The notes beneath the pieces were generated by a model. It was given only the letters and a program-made list of their open reading frames with translations, was not told the DNA's origin and made no database searches. DNA of 64,000 bases, taken from the NCBI GenBank assembly GCA_001600815.1, contig BCKZ01000007.1, positions 434,001-498,000 of the forward strand, read 5' to 3'. This DNA comes from Alloascoidea hylecoeti. Taxonomy: Eukaryota. How positions within the stretch are numbered: the stretch's first letter is position 1; every line of letters begins with the position of its first letter. Positions 24,063-35,029 of the stretch are shown here, one piece after another. The position numbers were made by a program, and so were the translations under genes.

Positions 24063-27000
24063 ATGAACAAACGATCCTCGCGTAAATTGACTTATGTCCT
24101 AACTCCCAACAGGCAAGACCCCGAGAGTAAGGATGGTTCAGCTCACACAGGTCACACGTTGGGGGTGAATGCTCTAGCAGTCGACCCAGATCCCCAGACC
24201 CATTTAGGTCAAAACTACTCCTCACTACTTTACTCTGGTGGTAGAGATGGGGTGGTCGCTATTTGGGGTGCTCCAAAATCAGAAATGAGCGACGACTGTC
24301 TTTTAAACCTACACTCCGAAACTTTAGATTCCTCCGAGGCCCTTGTCAGAAACTCACAAAATAAGGTCTTGGAACTCAATAAAGCCAATCAAGTCCAAAA
24401 TAATGATGCTACTACAAATAGTTACATATCACATTCCCAAATTCACACACATTGGATAAATGACATTGCTCTTGTCAACAACAATCAATCAGTCATCACA
24501 TGCTCTTCAGATTTATCAGTACGACTGTGGAACCCGGACCAGAACTTTGTATATCCAATTGGTCAACATAGAGATTACGTGAAATGTATAGCGACACCTT
24601 CTCAAACATCATCTTGGATTGCAACTGGTGGCTTAGATCAACGTATTATCCTCTGGGATTTGAATGGTAAAGGCAAAAAGTCAGAAATTGATGTTGGCCG
24701 TAAGGGAGAAAATACAAAGGGATCTGTCTATTCTTTGGCTGTCGGTTCTCCTGAAGGTAACATAATTGCCTCTGGAGGACCAGAATCCGTTGTTCGTCTT
24801 TGGGATTCACGAACAATGACGCCAATATTGAAATTTATAGGACATACAGATAATATTAGATCAATATTAGTAAATCAGGCGGGGAATTTGATTTTATCAG
24901 CTTCATCGGATTCTACTATAAAATTATGGTCGGTAACAGCGGGAAAATTGTTAAATACTTTTGATATACATGATACATCAGTTTGGAATTTATTTTCAAA
25001 TGACCCAAATCTTGATGTATTTTATTCATCGGATAGATCCGGCGTTGTCTTTAAAACTGATTTAAGACTAGCTAGACAACAAAGTTCAAATGCTACTATG
25101 ACAGGAAATGAAACCGAATCATCAATCTCGGCTTATCTTTGTAAAGAATCGACCAGTGTACAAGGAGTTGCAGCTGCAAATGGTTCAGTATGGACGGCTA
25201 CTCCAAACTCTTGGATCCATCGGTGGAATGATGTTGAGTTATCGCCTTATCTTGTTAATCAAGCTATTAGAAGAAATCAACTTGATGATCATATTCAATC
25301 TGCCACATTAGCAACCCCACCTTTAACGCCTAAGGTTTTGGTTTCACCTTCGATTGAAGGCCTTGTTTCTTCCACGGAATTGAAATCAATCTCCACGACC
25401 CTAATACAAAGTCTTGATTCTCCAAATGTCACTCCTACTTCTCCGACTTTACCAAACAATGGTATTATTAGAGGCATAATTTCAAATGATAATGCTGAAC
25501 CAATTCAATTGAAGGCTTCTTTTATCTCGATAACGGGAGAACCAATTCTTGATTATACAACATCTTCCAATGACATTAGTGATAAATCCGATCAATTAAA
25601 CCCTGAATCAACACCAGAAGTGACAGTTTCTCCATTATTGGAATTTCCAATTGAGACAATAGAAGGACAATCGGGTCTTATAAAGCACCGTTTATTAGAC
25701 AATAGAAGACATGTACTCACACTTAATACAGAAGGTGAGCTACAGCTATGGGATCTAGTATTATGCAAAGCCTTAAAATCGTGTGGTAAAAGAGATATAG
25801 ATATTATGGCAGATGAATTGAATTCATTAGATTCAATGTCAAATTGGTGTTCAGTGGCTACAAGAGCGGGGAAATTATTCGTTACATTAGATTCTTCTAC
25901 ATGTTTTGATGCAGAAGTTTATATTGATGAAATTGATCAAGAAATGGATTTAAAGAAACAAGATTCTCGTAATGTTTTATCTAATGAATCAAATGATCAA
26001 CGAATAAATTTAGGAAGATGGGTACTGCAAAACTTATTATCAAATTTTACAGAAAAAGAGGTAGAGAAAGACCAGGAATTGAGAGACAGACTAATTAAAG
26101 AACATAAAAAACCATCATTAATGAAGAGAATAACAAGTTCTTCAAACGTAAATCCAAACTTCAATACTAGCATACCAGTAACGTTCGAAAAATCTAGTTC
26201 TCGACCAAATGATCAGGGAACCGAAAATACTGATTATATCGATTTCAAAGAAAAAACTTCCCAGGCAACACATCAACCCCTTTTGGAAACGCATAATGAG
26301 AGCGTGAAAACTAAAACTCCAACTTCATCAGCAAACTCACAGGAGATAAATGTCAATCCAACACCCCATCCACAGCCCCCACCTCAGACTGCACCTGTAC
26401 CTAGTCCTGCACCTACTCCTCCATCATCAATACCATCTGGTGCTCCAAATGGAAATAGTGCTAGTGGTGGTAGTTTAATGGGGAAGCTACGTATGCTGGG
26501 TAGACAGAAATCTAATAAGACAAACGATTCCAAACAACATAACGCTAATACTAATACTCCTACACCTACCAAACCAGAGGTACCGGCTAAACCAGCCCCA
26601 GAAGTTAAAATAGATACAACTGTTAATGGGATACTAGAAAAAATTCACAAAGGTTATGAAACTTCTTCAAACCTGAACATTTCTGGCTTGATTATTCCTG
26701 GTGCGACGGATCTTCCAGTTATCCACATACCTGACGAGACGTTAATAATCATAGGTGACCAAGATGTCGGCGCCGGCGGTATGATAGATATTTACACAGG
26801 TACAGTGGCATCTCTTAGTGAAGATGCTACAAAATTAGAAACAATCTTGCCTGATTGGGTAGGAAACTCTGTTTTACAAGATAAAATTAACGCCAAGGAG
26901 CAGAATAAAGTAAGCTTTATAATTCAAGAATGGAAACCATCACAATCCCATAATAGTTCAACAAGCACAAGCTCTGAAAAGTCATATAATATAGTAGATT

Positions 27001-27275
27001 CGGATAATACGAATAGTTCATTACCACCACTTTCAACAACAGCTACGCGATTGAGTGGATATCGATATCTTAGAGCAGTTAAAGTTCTTAGTTATATTAC
27101 CGAAAGATTTGATCGGCCAACAACTGAAATGAGATCGGGTAAGAAACCAGAGGAATGGTTAGAATTGCTTTGTCAAGATAAAGTCATACCCTTAAAAATG
27201 ACCCTAGCAAGCATTCGAAGTAGAATCTGGAAATCGGGTGGTGATGTTGTATTAACATATAGGAGAAGATATTGA
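24063..27275 (+). CDS. DUF1: WD40 deubiquitinase cofactor (WDR48/UAF1, Duf1/Bun107 family), 1070 aa
   Basis: GHTLGVNAL, YSGGRDG, HTHWINDI, HRDYVKC, KGSVYSLA, GHTDNIRSI, LDNRRHVLT, WCSV, INLGRWVL, C-terminal WLELLCQDKVIPLKMTLASIRSRIWKSGGDVVLTYR. Confidence 0.95.
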   Translation: MNKRSSRKLTYVLTPNRQDPESKDGSAHTGHTLGVNALAVDPDPQTHLGQNYSSLLYSGGRDGVVAIWGAPKSEMSDDCLLNLHSETLDSSEALVRNSQNKVLELNKANQVQNNDATTNSYISHSQIHTHWINDIALVNNNQSVITCSSDLSVRLWNPDQNFVYPIGQHRDYVKCIATPSQTSSWIATGGLDQRIILWDLNGKGKKSEIDVGRKGENTKGSVYSLAVGSPEGNIIASGGPESVVRLWDSRTMTPILKFIGHTDNIRSILVNQAGNLILSASSDSTIKLWSVTAGKLLNTFDIHDTSVWNLFSNDPNLDVFYSSDRSGVVFKTDLRLARQQSSNATMTGNETESSISAYLCKESTSVQGVAAANGSVWTATPNSWIHRWNDVELSPYLVNQAIRRNQLDDHIQSATLATPPLTPKVLVSPSIEGLVSSTELKSISTTLIQSLDSPNVTPTSPTLPNNGIIRGIISNDNAEPIQLKASFISITGEPILDYTTSSNDISDKSDQLNPESTPEVTVSPLLEFPIETIEGQSGLIKHRLLDNRRHVLTLNTEGELQLWDLVLCKALKSCGKRDIDIMADELNSLDSMSNWCSVATRAGKLFVTLDSSTCFDAEVYIDEIDQEMDLKKQDSRNVLSNESNDQRINLGRWVLQNLLSNFTEKEVEKDQELRDRLIKEHKKPSLMKRITSSSNVNPNFNTSIPVTFEKSSSRPNDQGTENTDYIDFKEKTSQATHQPLLETHNESVKTKTPTSSANSQEINVNPTPHPQPPPQTAPVPSPAPTPPSSIPSGAPNGNSASGGSLMGKLRMLGRQKSNKTNDSKQHNANTNTPTPTKPEVPAKPAPEVKIDTTVNGILEKIHKGYETSSNLNISGLIIPGATDLPVIHIPDETLIIIGDQDVGAGGMIDIYTGTVASLSEDATKLETILPDWVGNSVLQDKINAKEQNKVSFIIQEWKPSQSHNSSTSTSSEKSYNIVDSDNTNSSLPPLSTTATRLSGYRYLRAVKVLSYITERFDRPTTEMRSGKKPEEWLELLCQDKVIPLKMTLASIRSRIWKSGGDVVLTYRRRY

Positions 27276-29303
27276 AAAATTATTTATCATTTAATTTATA
27301 TAATTTATAATAGTTACATAGAGATAAAATCATATAATTTATGTAATTACATATACCGGTATGTTAAAATCTATTAATGGATTTGATTCTTTACCTTTTT
27401 ATTTTTATATTTCGTATAATATTTACTTTATAAGGAATAATAATCCCTTAAAAGAATTATTTTTTGTTGTCAGACGAAAGTTTTGAAACTTTATAACTGT
27501 ATCAAAAGAATCGAATTCGAAAAGTATCGTTGACCTTATTGTTGGCATAAAACTATCCAGCGTAGACTAAAACAATAATATATTCATTTCTACAAAATAT
27601 ACGTGAACAGTGAAATTTTAGAGAGAATTAAAAATTAAATATGGTAACAAACACATGTGTAACTAAAACTATAATTCTTAGCTGTGTCAGCACTGAACAT
27701 TTACCACACCACCATCCATATCGGCGAAGCACCCACCAAAGATTTTGATAGACTCAGGGTCTATTCCCTGTTTAATCAATACTGCGTTCGTAATAAAAAT
27801 TAACTTCAAATACAGCATCACCAATTATCATAACCAGTGAAAACCTTCGTAACAAAACAAATTACATCACTATTACATGAGTATGAAACTATGTAGGCTC
27901 CACAGATTTCGCAAGCCATAAAGTTAAGAAATAGGGTCACGTTTGCATAAAGTTGGAAAAGTTGATGACAAGCGTAGTCACACAAACTATTGCTTCTAGT
28001 CTTTATTAGCAAGAAGGGGTTATAGTTTATTAAAAGAACAATTGAAACTAAGATGTAATCATGAGAAATCTTCATTGATATAAAGAGAGATATTGTTATA
28101 AATTAAATAAATTTAAAACTTCTTTTAAGAAGAATCAAGATCAAGAAAAGTAGAAAAAAGAACTTAATGCAATATTATCATTAACGCTGTTTTTATTTTT
28201 ATTAAATTAATATTTCCTATATTAAGATAAACTCCATACAAATACGTAGAGACCATCAACGCTAATTCACCCCATAGGGAAGATACGTGCGGATCATCAA
28301 ATGAAACAACTAATAGATCACATAGATCATACCACGATGAACAATAATGCTAGAGTTAATAATTATTACCTCCTAGCTGCTAACAAGAGTGTCCATCCAG
28401 AAACACATATTCTTTATATACCAGAAGCCCAAACATCACCAATTCCATAAGGAAAATGGGGGGTTTCGCCAATAACAATCTACATTTGATCCCCACATCA
28501 GAAATTAATAGTCCATTAGATCCATGGAAGTGAAATCAGAATCAAATGAACACCCCAAACTCATATTGATTGAATGGTGCAGTAATAGTTTTATGGAGAG
28601 AGTAAACTCAGTTTATCGTAGATATACTTGTTCACTAATTCTCAATTTAAACATATTAATGAAGGTTCATAAAAAATCATTATATTTTTTCAATCTTTGG
28701 TACTTCAGTGCTACTAAATAAAATTATGTTTCACTTAAAATATACCGACCAAAATATAATAAAAACATTTTCTCATTTCTCTAATTATAGGAGAGTGAGA
28801 CGATGGTGGAGATGGAATAATCGCTAATTATAAAGATAAACAGCTTCCAACTGTACGCGTAAAAAAGGGGGAAATGAGACCTTTATAAAACCATATTAAG
28901 ATATTAATTATAATATATTATAGATTTATTTGTTATGTATGACGGTTCTCGTAGAACGGCCTTTCAACGAGGTTAATTATTTAACGATATGCTCCTGCCA
29001 GCGAATATATTATGCAGGAATGCAGATGTACCGGGTTTCTGCCTAGCAAAGGACCGGGTAGAGACTCATTGTTGAAAATGCGACCCGAAAACTTGGCTGA
29101 AGACATAATTATAAGGTTGATCTAATTATTATGTTAACTTATTCCCCTTTTTTCCCTTCTATCTTTCTACTCTATAGTTACGAGTATAAGACAGTGTTCT
29201 TTTGTTTAATCTCGAAACCATACCAGTTTTTCTTGAATTTTTATTTCTCTTCTTTAGCATTGCTTTTTGGGCAATTTATGTTGACTCTGGAAGATCCAAA
29301 AAA

Positions 29304-30161
29304 ATGTCAAAAGCGACGTATCTGAAAAGTCCTAAAACAGATCTAAACACCTTCAGTCCTGATCCAAATACTTTAGAATCACTATCCACTCATGCTGAAA
29401 AAAGTGAAGAGACACAGGGAACAAACTCAAGTCTTCAATTAGAATCCGTGAAAGACGGTGCTCCTGCTCGAGGATCTCCCAATCTTGACTCCCAAGCTTC
29501 TGCTCGGCCTGAGGCCCCCGCGATTATGTTGGAAATGATGAACGATTTGAAGGAGATTGGTATCTGTGATGCTGGATTTAAACTTGTCCAATCATCACCC
29601 ATAACAATAGAAAGAGTTACAGAATTACTAACTATATGGTGTGAATCAAACATAGGGGAAAACTTTCTTGATGAACTAAGGTGCATCATTTCCCAGTCAG
29701 AATCGGATGAATTATATCTTTCTTGCTATTTTTCACCAGAACCACAAGAGAAAAGAGAATATTATATTGAACTATTACTTGATACATCTTTTGGAGAAGA
29801 GGATGAATCATTTACTTTGGAGGCATTGGAACCAGTTCCGAATGGACAATTGGCTATATTCTGTATTGAAGTCCCGTTTGTAAGTGGGTTTTATATGGAT
29901 GACATCAGAGAAGCAGCGTTTACAAACTACGGAAATATATTGCTGTCAATTAAACGTGATGTAGTGAAGATCGCCAAAAGAACTAACGGCCAGAGGAATG
30001 ATATAAAAACGTATAACCATGTTCTGGTTAACTTAGACAAATCTCAGGTGGTATTTAAAAGTCATACTTATTTAAGTCCTCCAAAGGCTATCAACTATTC
30101 TCTTCCTGACGGTGATCTTATTCCAGCAGATATAATTCTTTTGAATAGAGTTAGCTTCTGA
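29304..30161 (+). CDS. Orphan protein A, 285 aa; tandem paralog of 30879-31736; possible LINE ORF1p-like double RRM
   Basis: Intact ORF with a colinear conserved core shared with the neighbour (IGIC, WCE.NI..NFLDE, F.PEP, GQLAIFC..PF..GFYM, FTNYG, KTY.HVLVNL, PP). First ATG at 29304. Confidence 0.85.
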   Translation: MSKATYLKSPKTDLNTFSPDPNTLESLSTHAEKSEETQGTNSSLQLESVKDGAPARGSPNLDSQASARPEAPAIMLEMMNDLKEIGICDAGFKLVQSSPITIERVTELLTIWCESNIGENFLDELRCIISQSESDELYLSCYFSPEPQEKREYYIELLLDTSFGEEDESFTLEALEPVPNGQLAIFCIEVPFVSGFYMDDIREAAFTNYGNILLSIKRDVVKIAKRTNGQRNDIKTYNHVLVNLDKSQVVFKSHTYLSPPKAINYSLPDGDLIPADIILLNRVSF

Positions 30162-30878
30162 GTTACAAACTTCACTCTTCATAATTATATTTTCTTTAAT
30201 GCTTTATCTCTTTTTTATTATGCATTGTATTAGAACGTGGTTGGTGTTTTCGTTTTTTTTTTTTTTTTTGATATTAATGTTATAGACTTTGAATTCATAC
30301 TTTTATTTAATGCACTCAATGTACCAATTATTGATATATTACGGCAAGGTATATTAATTCTTAAGCTTGTAGCTATAGATGTATATAAAAGATTGCAATA
30401 AAAAAATGAATGAGATCTAAACTTTTTAAAGCTAACTGTTACTATCAATTCACGTTGTCTAGCTTATCAATTGTATTTTGGAGTTGGTAATATGCTGTCA
30501 TTAGAAATTTATTTTCAATTGATCATTCATTTAAATTTTCTTTAATTTAATATATTTTAAAAAACAATCACTTAAACATTAATTTTAATTGGGTTTCTAC
30601 TATCTAGGAATAATGCTACTAAAAAGCCATGCAAAGGCACAGTTGCAGAATTAAAAAATCTCCTGAAGCACGCGACCTGCAGTATTGGGACCGGTTAATT
30701 AGTTTAACATAATAATATTGACCCGATTAAAAATATAATTATTAAAAAATAATATTTGGATCTTCACTAATTGCCAACACCTTAACTCCTCCTGAGGTTG
30801 CTTGGAAGTTGGAACTCTTTAATTTCCGACCCATCTTTTTAACATTAGTACTAGTGCTATCAAATCAATTTTGTGATT

Positions 30879-31736
30879 ATGGAACTGTCTAATATGAGAA
30901 GCAACGCAAGTGATAGCCCACCTCTCGCTAAAGGAGACTCTGAAAAGGTTAAAGGCGAGGACGATTTTAACTTTACAGCTTTTAGTCCACAACTTGAGGA
31001 CTTACCTTTCAAAGCAGATGGTGCAGACTATGATGTTAGGACAAGAAGAAACAGTAAATCGCCTGATGTACCTCGTGAACTACTAGATGAGATGCATGAC
31101 CTTCGCTCTATTGGGATTTGTGAGGCAGCATTTGTTGTTAAAACTGAGAATCCATTGACCTCGGACGAAGTTATAGATGGCCTTACTGCATGGTGCGAAG
31201 AGAATATTGAGGGCAATTTTCTTGATGAGATAAGGTCAGTTGTTTCAGAATCAGAAACAGGCTCGATATTTATTTCTGCCTTTTTCGCCCCAGAACCAAA
31301 GGACAGAAAAGATTTTTATATTGAACAGTTTACAACAGTTACATTTGGTGATGAGGAAAAACCTTTCGAGCTTGAATATATGAAACCAGTTCTTGGAGGT
31401 CAATTGGCTATTTTTTGTCTATCTATTCCATTTATCAATGGTTTTTATATGGAAGAGGTTAAAGAGTCGGTATTTACTAATTATGGTCAAGTGTTAATGT
31501 CCCTCCAAACAGATCCAATTAAATTTGCAAAAAGAATTCACGGACAGAAAGTGGATTCTAAAACTTATGATCATGTCTTGGTGAATTTGAACCAAACATA
31601 CCAACCCGACGTTGCCTACAGTAAAAAAGCTGTTCAATATCCGCCCAGATCAATGAATTTTCAACCATTGTCAGCCCCTCCATTTCTTGTCGAGATTCGA
31701 CTGATAACTCGAGTAAATCTTACAAGACCTAACTGA
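30879..31736 (+). CDS. Orphan protein B, 285 aa; tandem paralog of 29304-30161
   Basis: Same conserved blocks with mainly conservative substitutions; divergent, low-complexity N-terminus. Confidence 0.85.
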   Translation: MELSNMRSNASDSPPLAKGDSEKVKGEDDFNFTAFSPQLEDLPFKADGADYDVRTRRNSKSPDVPRELLDEMHDLRSIGICEAAFVVKTENPLTSDEVIDGLTAWCEENIEGNFLDEIRSVVSESETGSIFISAFFAPEPKDRKDFYIEQFTTVTFGDEEKPFELEYMKPVLGGQLAIFCLSIPFINGFYMEEVKESVFTNYGQVLMSLQTDPIKFAKRIHGQKVDSKTYDHVLVNLNQTYQPDVAYSKKAVQYPPRSMNFQPLSAPPFLVEIRLITRVNLTRPN

Positions 31737-32077
31737 TGAATGTTGCAAAAGCGTATTGAACCATGCAATTAGAAATTACATTTTTATTAAACGTAATATA
31801 ATGAACTCGATTCGCATTGATTTAAGGAAATCAAATAACTAATATAGACTAAGAACCTTTTATAATGTGATGGTAATATTTCAAGAAACACAACTATTTT
31901 CTTTTCGCTCTTGTTGTTTGATGTGGTTATATCTGTGTTAGTGTTCATGTTTTCCTGGTTATTCTTGTTTAATTATTAATCTAAGACTTTGATGCCGCAC
32001 AACATTTTATGTTTTTGTAGATTTCCTGAGTAAATTGTTATAGGAACTTGTATTCTACACATATTTGAATAAATTTA

Positions 32078-33091
32078 TTAAAATTCTTCAACTGGTTGTG
32101 AATAATCTCTTTTCAAAATTTCCTGATCTTGATAAAAAGCTCCCTTATGATAATATTTTTGTTTAGATTTCACATCATCTTTAGATTTCGAACTTTCTTT
32201 TTCTTCTGCATCAATTTCTGCTTGGCGCTCTTCTTCGGTCATATTTTCCCGTCGTCGTCTTTCATCTTGTTCTTTTTCTTCTGCTTCTAATAATTCTCTT
32301 TTCCGTAAGAACCGTTTCAGCTCCCGCACTTTCCATTCCGCGTACTCTGCTTCTAGCTCAATATTGTCAGTATCATCAATACCTCCAAGGTCATCATCAA
32401 AATCGTTTTCCAATTTCTTCTCAACTGTTTCTCTTATTACTCTTTCTTCTACTTGTTTCAATGATTGATTTAATGATTGCTTTTTCCTTTCTATTTCTCG
32501 TGATTCTTTCTCCGCCTCTAAGACACTTTTCGACTTTTTAGTGTTCTTTCGATTTTTCCTAGAGAGAGAGAAAATAAGATGTTAGTTAGATCTTATATCT
32601 TCAAAAGATAAATCAGAAACTTATACATACTTTGAAATAAAGACAGGCATTACTTCGTCTTCCGACTCTGATTCCGACTCTGAGTCCGACCCTGGTTCTG
32701 ATTCTGATTCTGATTCTGATTCTGCCTCTGATTCTGATTTTAAATTTTTAACTAAACCAATTGAATTCTCCTGTAATTCTGTTTTGATTGGATTCTCTTC
32801 CGTAGAAGTGTATTCATCATCAGTAACATATTCACCCTCACTACTCTCCTGGTCGTCCTCTTTTTGTTTTGATGTCTCATTTTTATTACCAACCTTAACA
32901 TTTGATAATGATTTTATTATTGGTACAACTGTTTCGAGAGTAGTTGTTGCTTCTATGTTCTCTTCTTCTACATAATCTTCTTCTTCAGAATTCTCATTGT
33001 CACTATCATCATGATCACTATGTTCTGTATCTGCGGCCCTTCCAGGAAAATATCGCCGTCTTTGAAGTTGAGCCAAATTAATCTTTGCCAT
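32078..33091 (-). CDS. MFAP1/Spp381-like spliceosomal B-complex protein, 2 exons: 33091-32631, 32558-32078; 313 aa
   Basis: RRYFPGRA, acidic SE repeats, PVFISK|K, DDTDN.E.EAEYAEWKVRELKR, QKYYHKGAFYQD. Intron 32630-32559 GTATGT..ACTAAC..TAG. Confidence 0.88.
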
Positions 33092-33834
33092 TATAAACCG
33101 AGAAAAATAAAATGAAATCGGTGAAATCGTGAGCTAGCCGGAAATACGTAATGTTGTGTCTCAAACTTCCGGATACCAGCAATGAAGGAACAATCAAAAG
33201 AGTCCAAAATCCAAAGCGTTAACTCTTTTATTTTGTTCTCCGTCGTTTGGTTTTAAAGGAAGAACAACGAACACATTTTAAGAGCCAAACTATACTATTT
33301 AGATACTATTGGGCTCACTACAAATGTCTTTCCCTAGGCCTGACGGGATAATTATCAATCTTTCGGAAACTAATAATTCACGATAGTAGTAAAGTGTTGG
33401 CTACATGCAAAAATAAGCCTGGCCATCGAAACCCAAAAAAATTTTATGATGATTCAGACGAATCGGTCTGTGACGGTTGTAAAAGAAGAAGAATTAGAGA
33501 AAAGTAAAGGAAACACGATAAAAGAAACAAGACTCTATTTAGTACTATTGTCATTATACATCTGAATTATTTCAAAAAATAAAATCTCCCAGTATATAAT
33601 ACAATGTATGGCTACGATTGAAAATTCAATACATTTACCACACAGAGACTATTATATCAACATAGAAAGTGGAAATGAAAGTGAAATCACATTCATTGAT
33701 AAGATTGAAAGTTATTTTGAACTTTTTCTCAAAAGGTTTGAAAATGAAACATTTTTTATCTATGTTTAAAAAAAAGTAGAATGCCGAATAAAAATTCTTT
33801 TTTACGTTCCTATCATTGTTTTCAGGATAGAAAA

Positions 33835-34583
33835 TGGCAACGTGAGAAGGAGAATGCAAAAAAAATTCATGATCCAAAAGGATTAAAATCTTATGACTGC
33901 CAATCAATGCTTAAGATTCAATACTTATTTGATACCAATTTTATATCGGTTGAGTTTCTCGACAAATACTATATTCTAACGCCAGAACAGATGGTGGCTA
34001 TGGAGCAGACGAGAGATATTCTGGCAAAACCATTTATTCCTTCAAGTAATCCAATAATCATCCGAGCCAATAATCCACCAGAAGGAATTCAACATGGCAA
34101 ATGGATTCGTGTTTTAAAATACAATGGTCACAGTGAGTAATATCAAAATTTTCATCTTATTAATTAGTTAATAAATTTTCAAATAAAACACGTACGTACA
34201 CAGAACAATATGAATAGAAAATATTGTCAATAATTTACACCCATTTTTTTTTTATTATCTTTTTAAATATTACTAATTTAATTATTATGGAAAAGAATGA
34301 TTCAATATATATTTTCCACTGAACTTTCAAAGACAAAAATAATGTTCCTGCTTTTCCTTTTTCCTTTTTCATTTGTTGACTTTATCTTTTTTTTTACTGT
34401 TTTACTTTTTTTTTTATTTTGCCTTCTTGAATCGAAGGATGGGACACAGAATATGAAAAATCAACCGATATAAAATTGATATCAAATAAGTATTGAATCT
34501 TAAGCATTGATTGGCAGTCATAAGATTTTAATCCTTTTGGATCGATCATGAATTGTTTTTGCATTCTCCTCTTCACTGTGCCA
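33835..34583. repeat. ~120-bp near-identical inverted repeat (33835-33953 / 34461-34583) within decayed coding fragments, possibly Mutator-derived
   Basis: Both arms encode ENAK.IHDPKGLKSYDCQSMLKIQYLFD.NFISV on opposite strands; the right arm has an extra GATC. Confidence 0.85.
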
Positions 34584-35029
34584 ATTTACATCCCGAACGT
34601 TAAGTAGATCGTTCCATTTTAAAAGCGGTTTATTATACTTATAACAAATAGTAATCGTAACGACCATACTGATGAATATATCGAAAGACTTTGAAAGAAA
34701 AGGGTTGAGCATGTGCTCGAATTCATGGACATAAAAGTGGCCTAATCTTTATTCAAAAGAAGCTAAGTTACATACTTTTTGTCATAGTATGTTTTGACAT
34801 TGTAATATGTTTTTCAGTTAAAAATCAACAGCTTCCTGATTGGGGCAGATGTTGGGCTTCAATAGTCGCCCAAAAATACGACGGTTCCATTGTAATCGCT
34901 GAATTGTAGGTCTAGGGCCTATATCTGCACGTGAGCACTTTTATTTATAAATGCCGTTCCTCCTTCGCATTCTTGCCTTCTTTTAATTCATTTCCAATCA
35001 GATTTTTATTTCTATTGGGAACAGTTGAA

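Noticed and set aside
24520..24535. Alternative yeast CUG code
   Set aside because: CTG occupies conserved Leu positions (VRLW in a WD40 repeat, LLKRW in Pth2), which fits the standard code.
28985..29030. HDV-like ribozyme (GC-TCCTGCCA-GC, GCGAAT)
   Set aside because: P1, P1.1 and P2 cannot be built in the required order.
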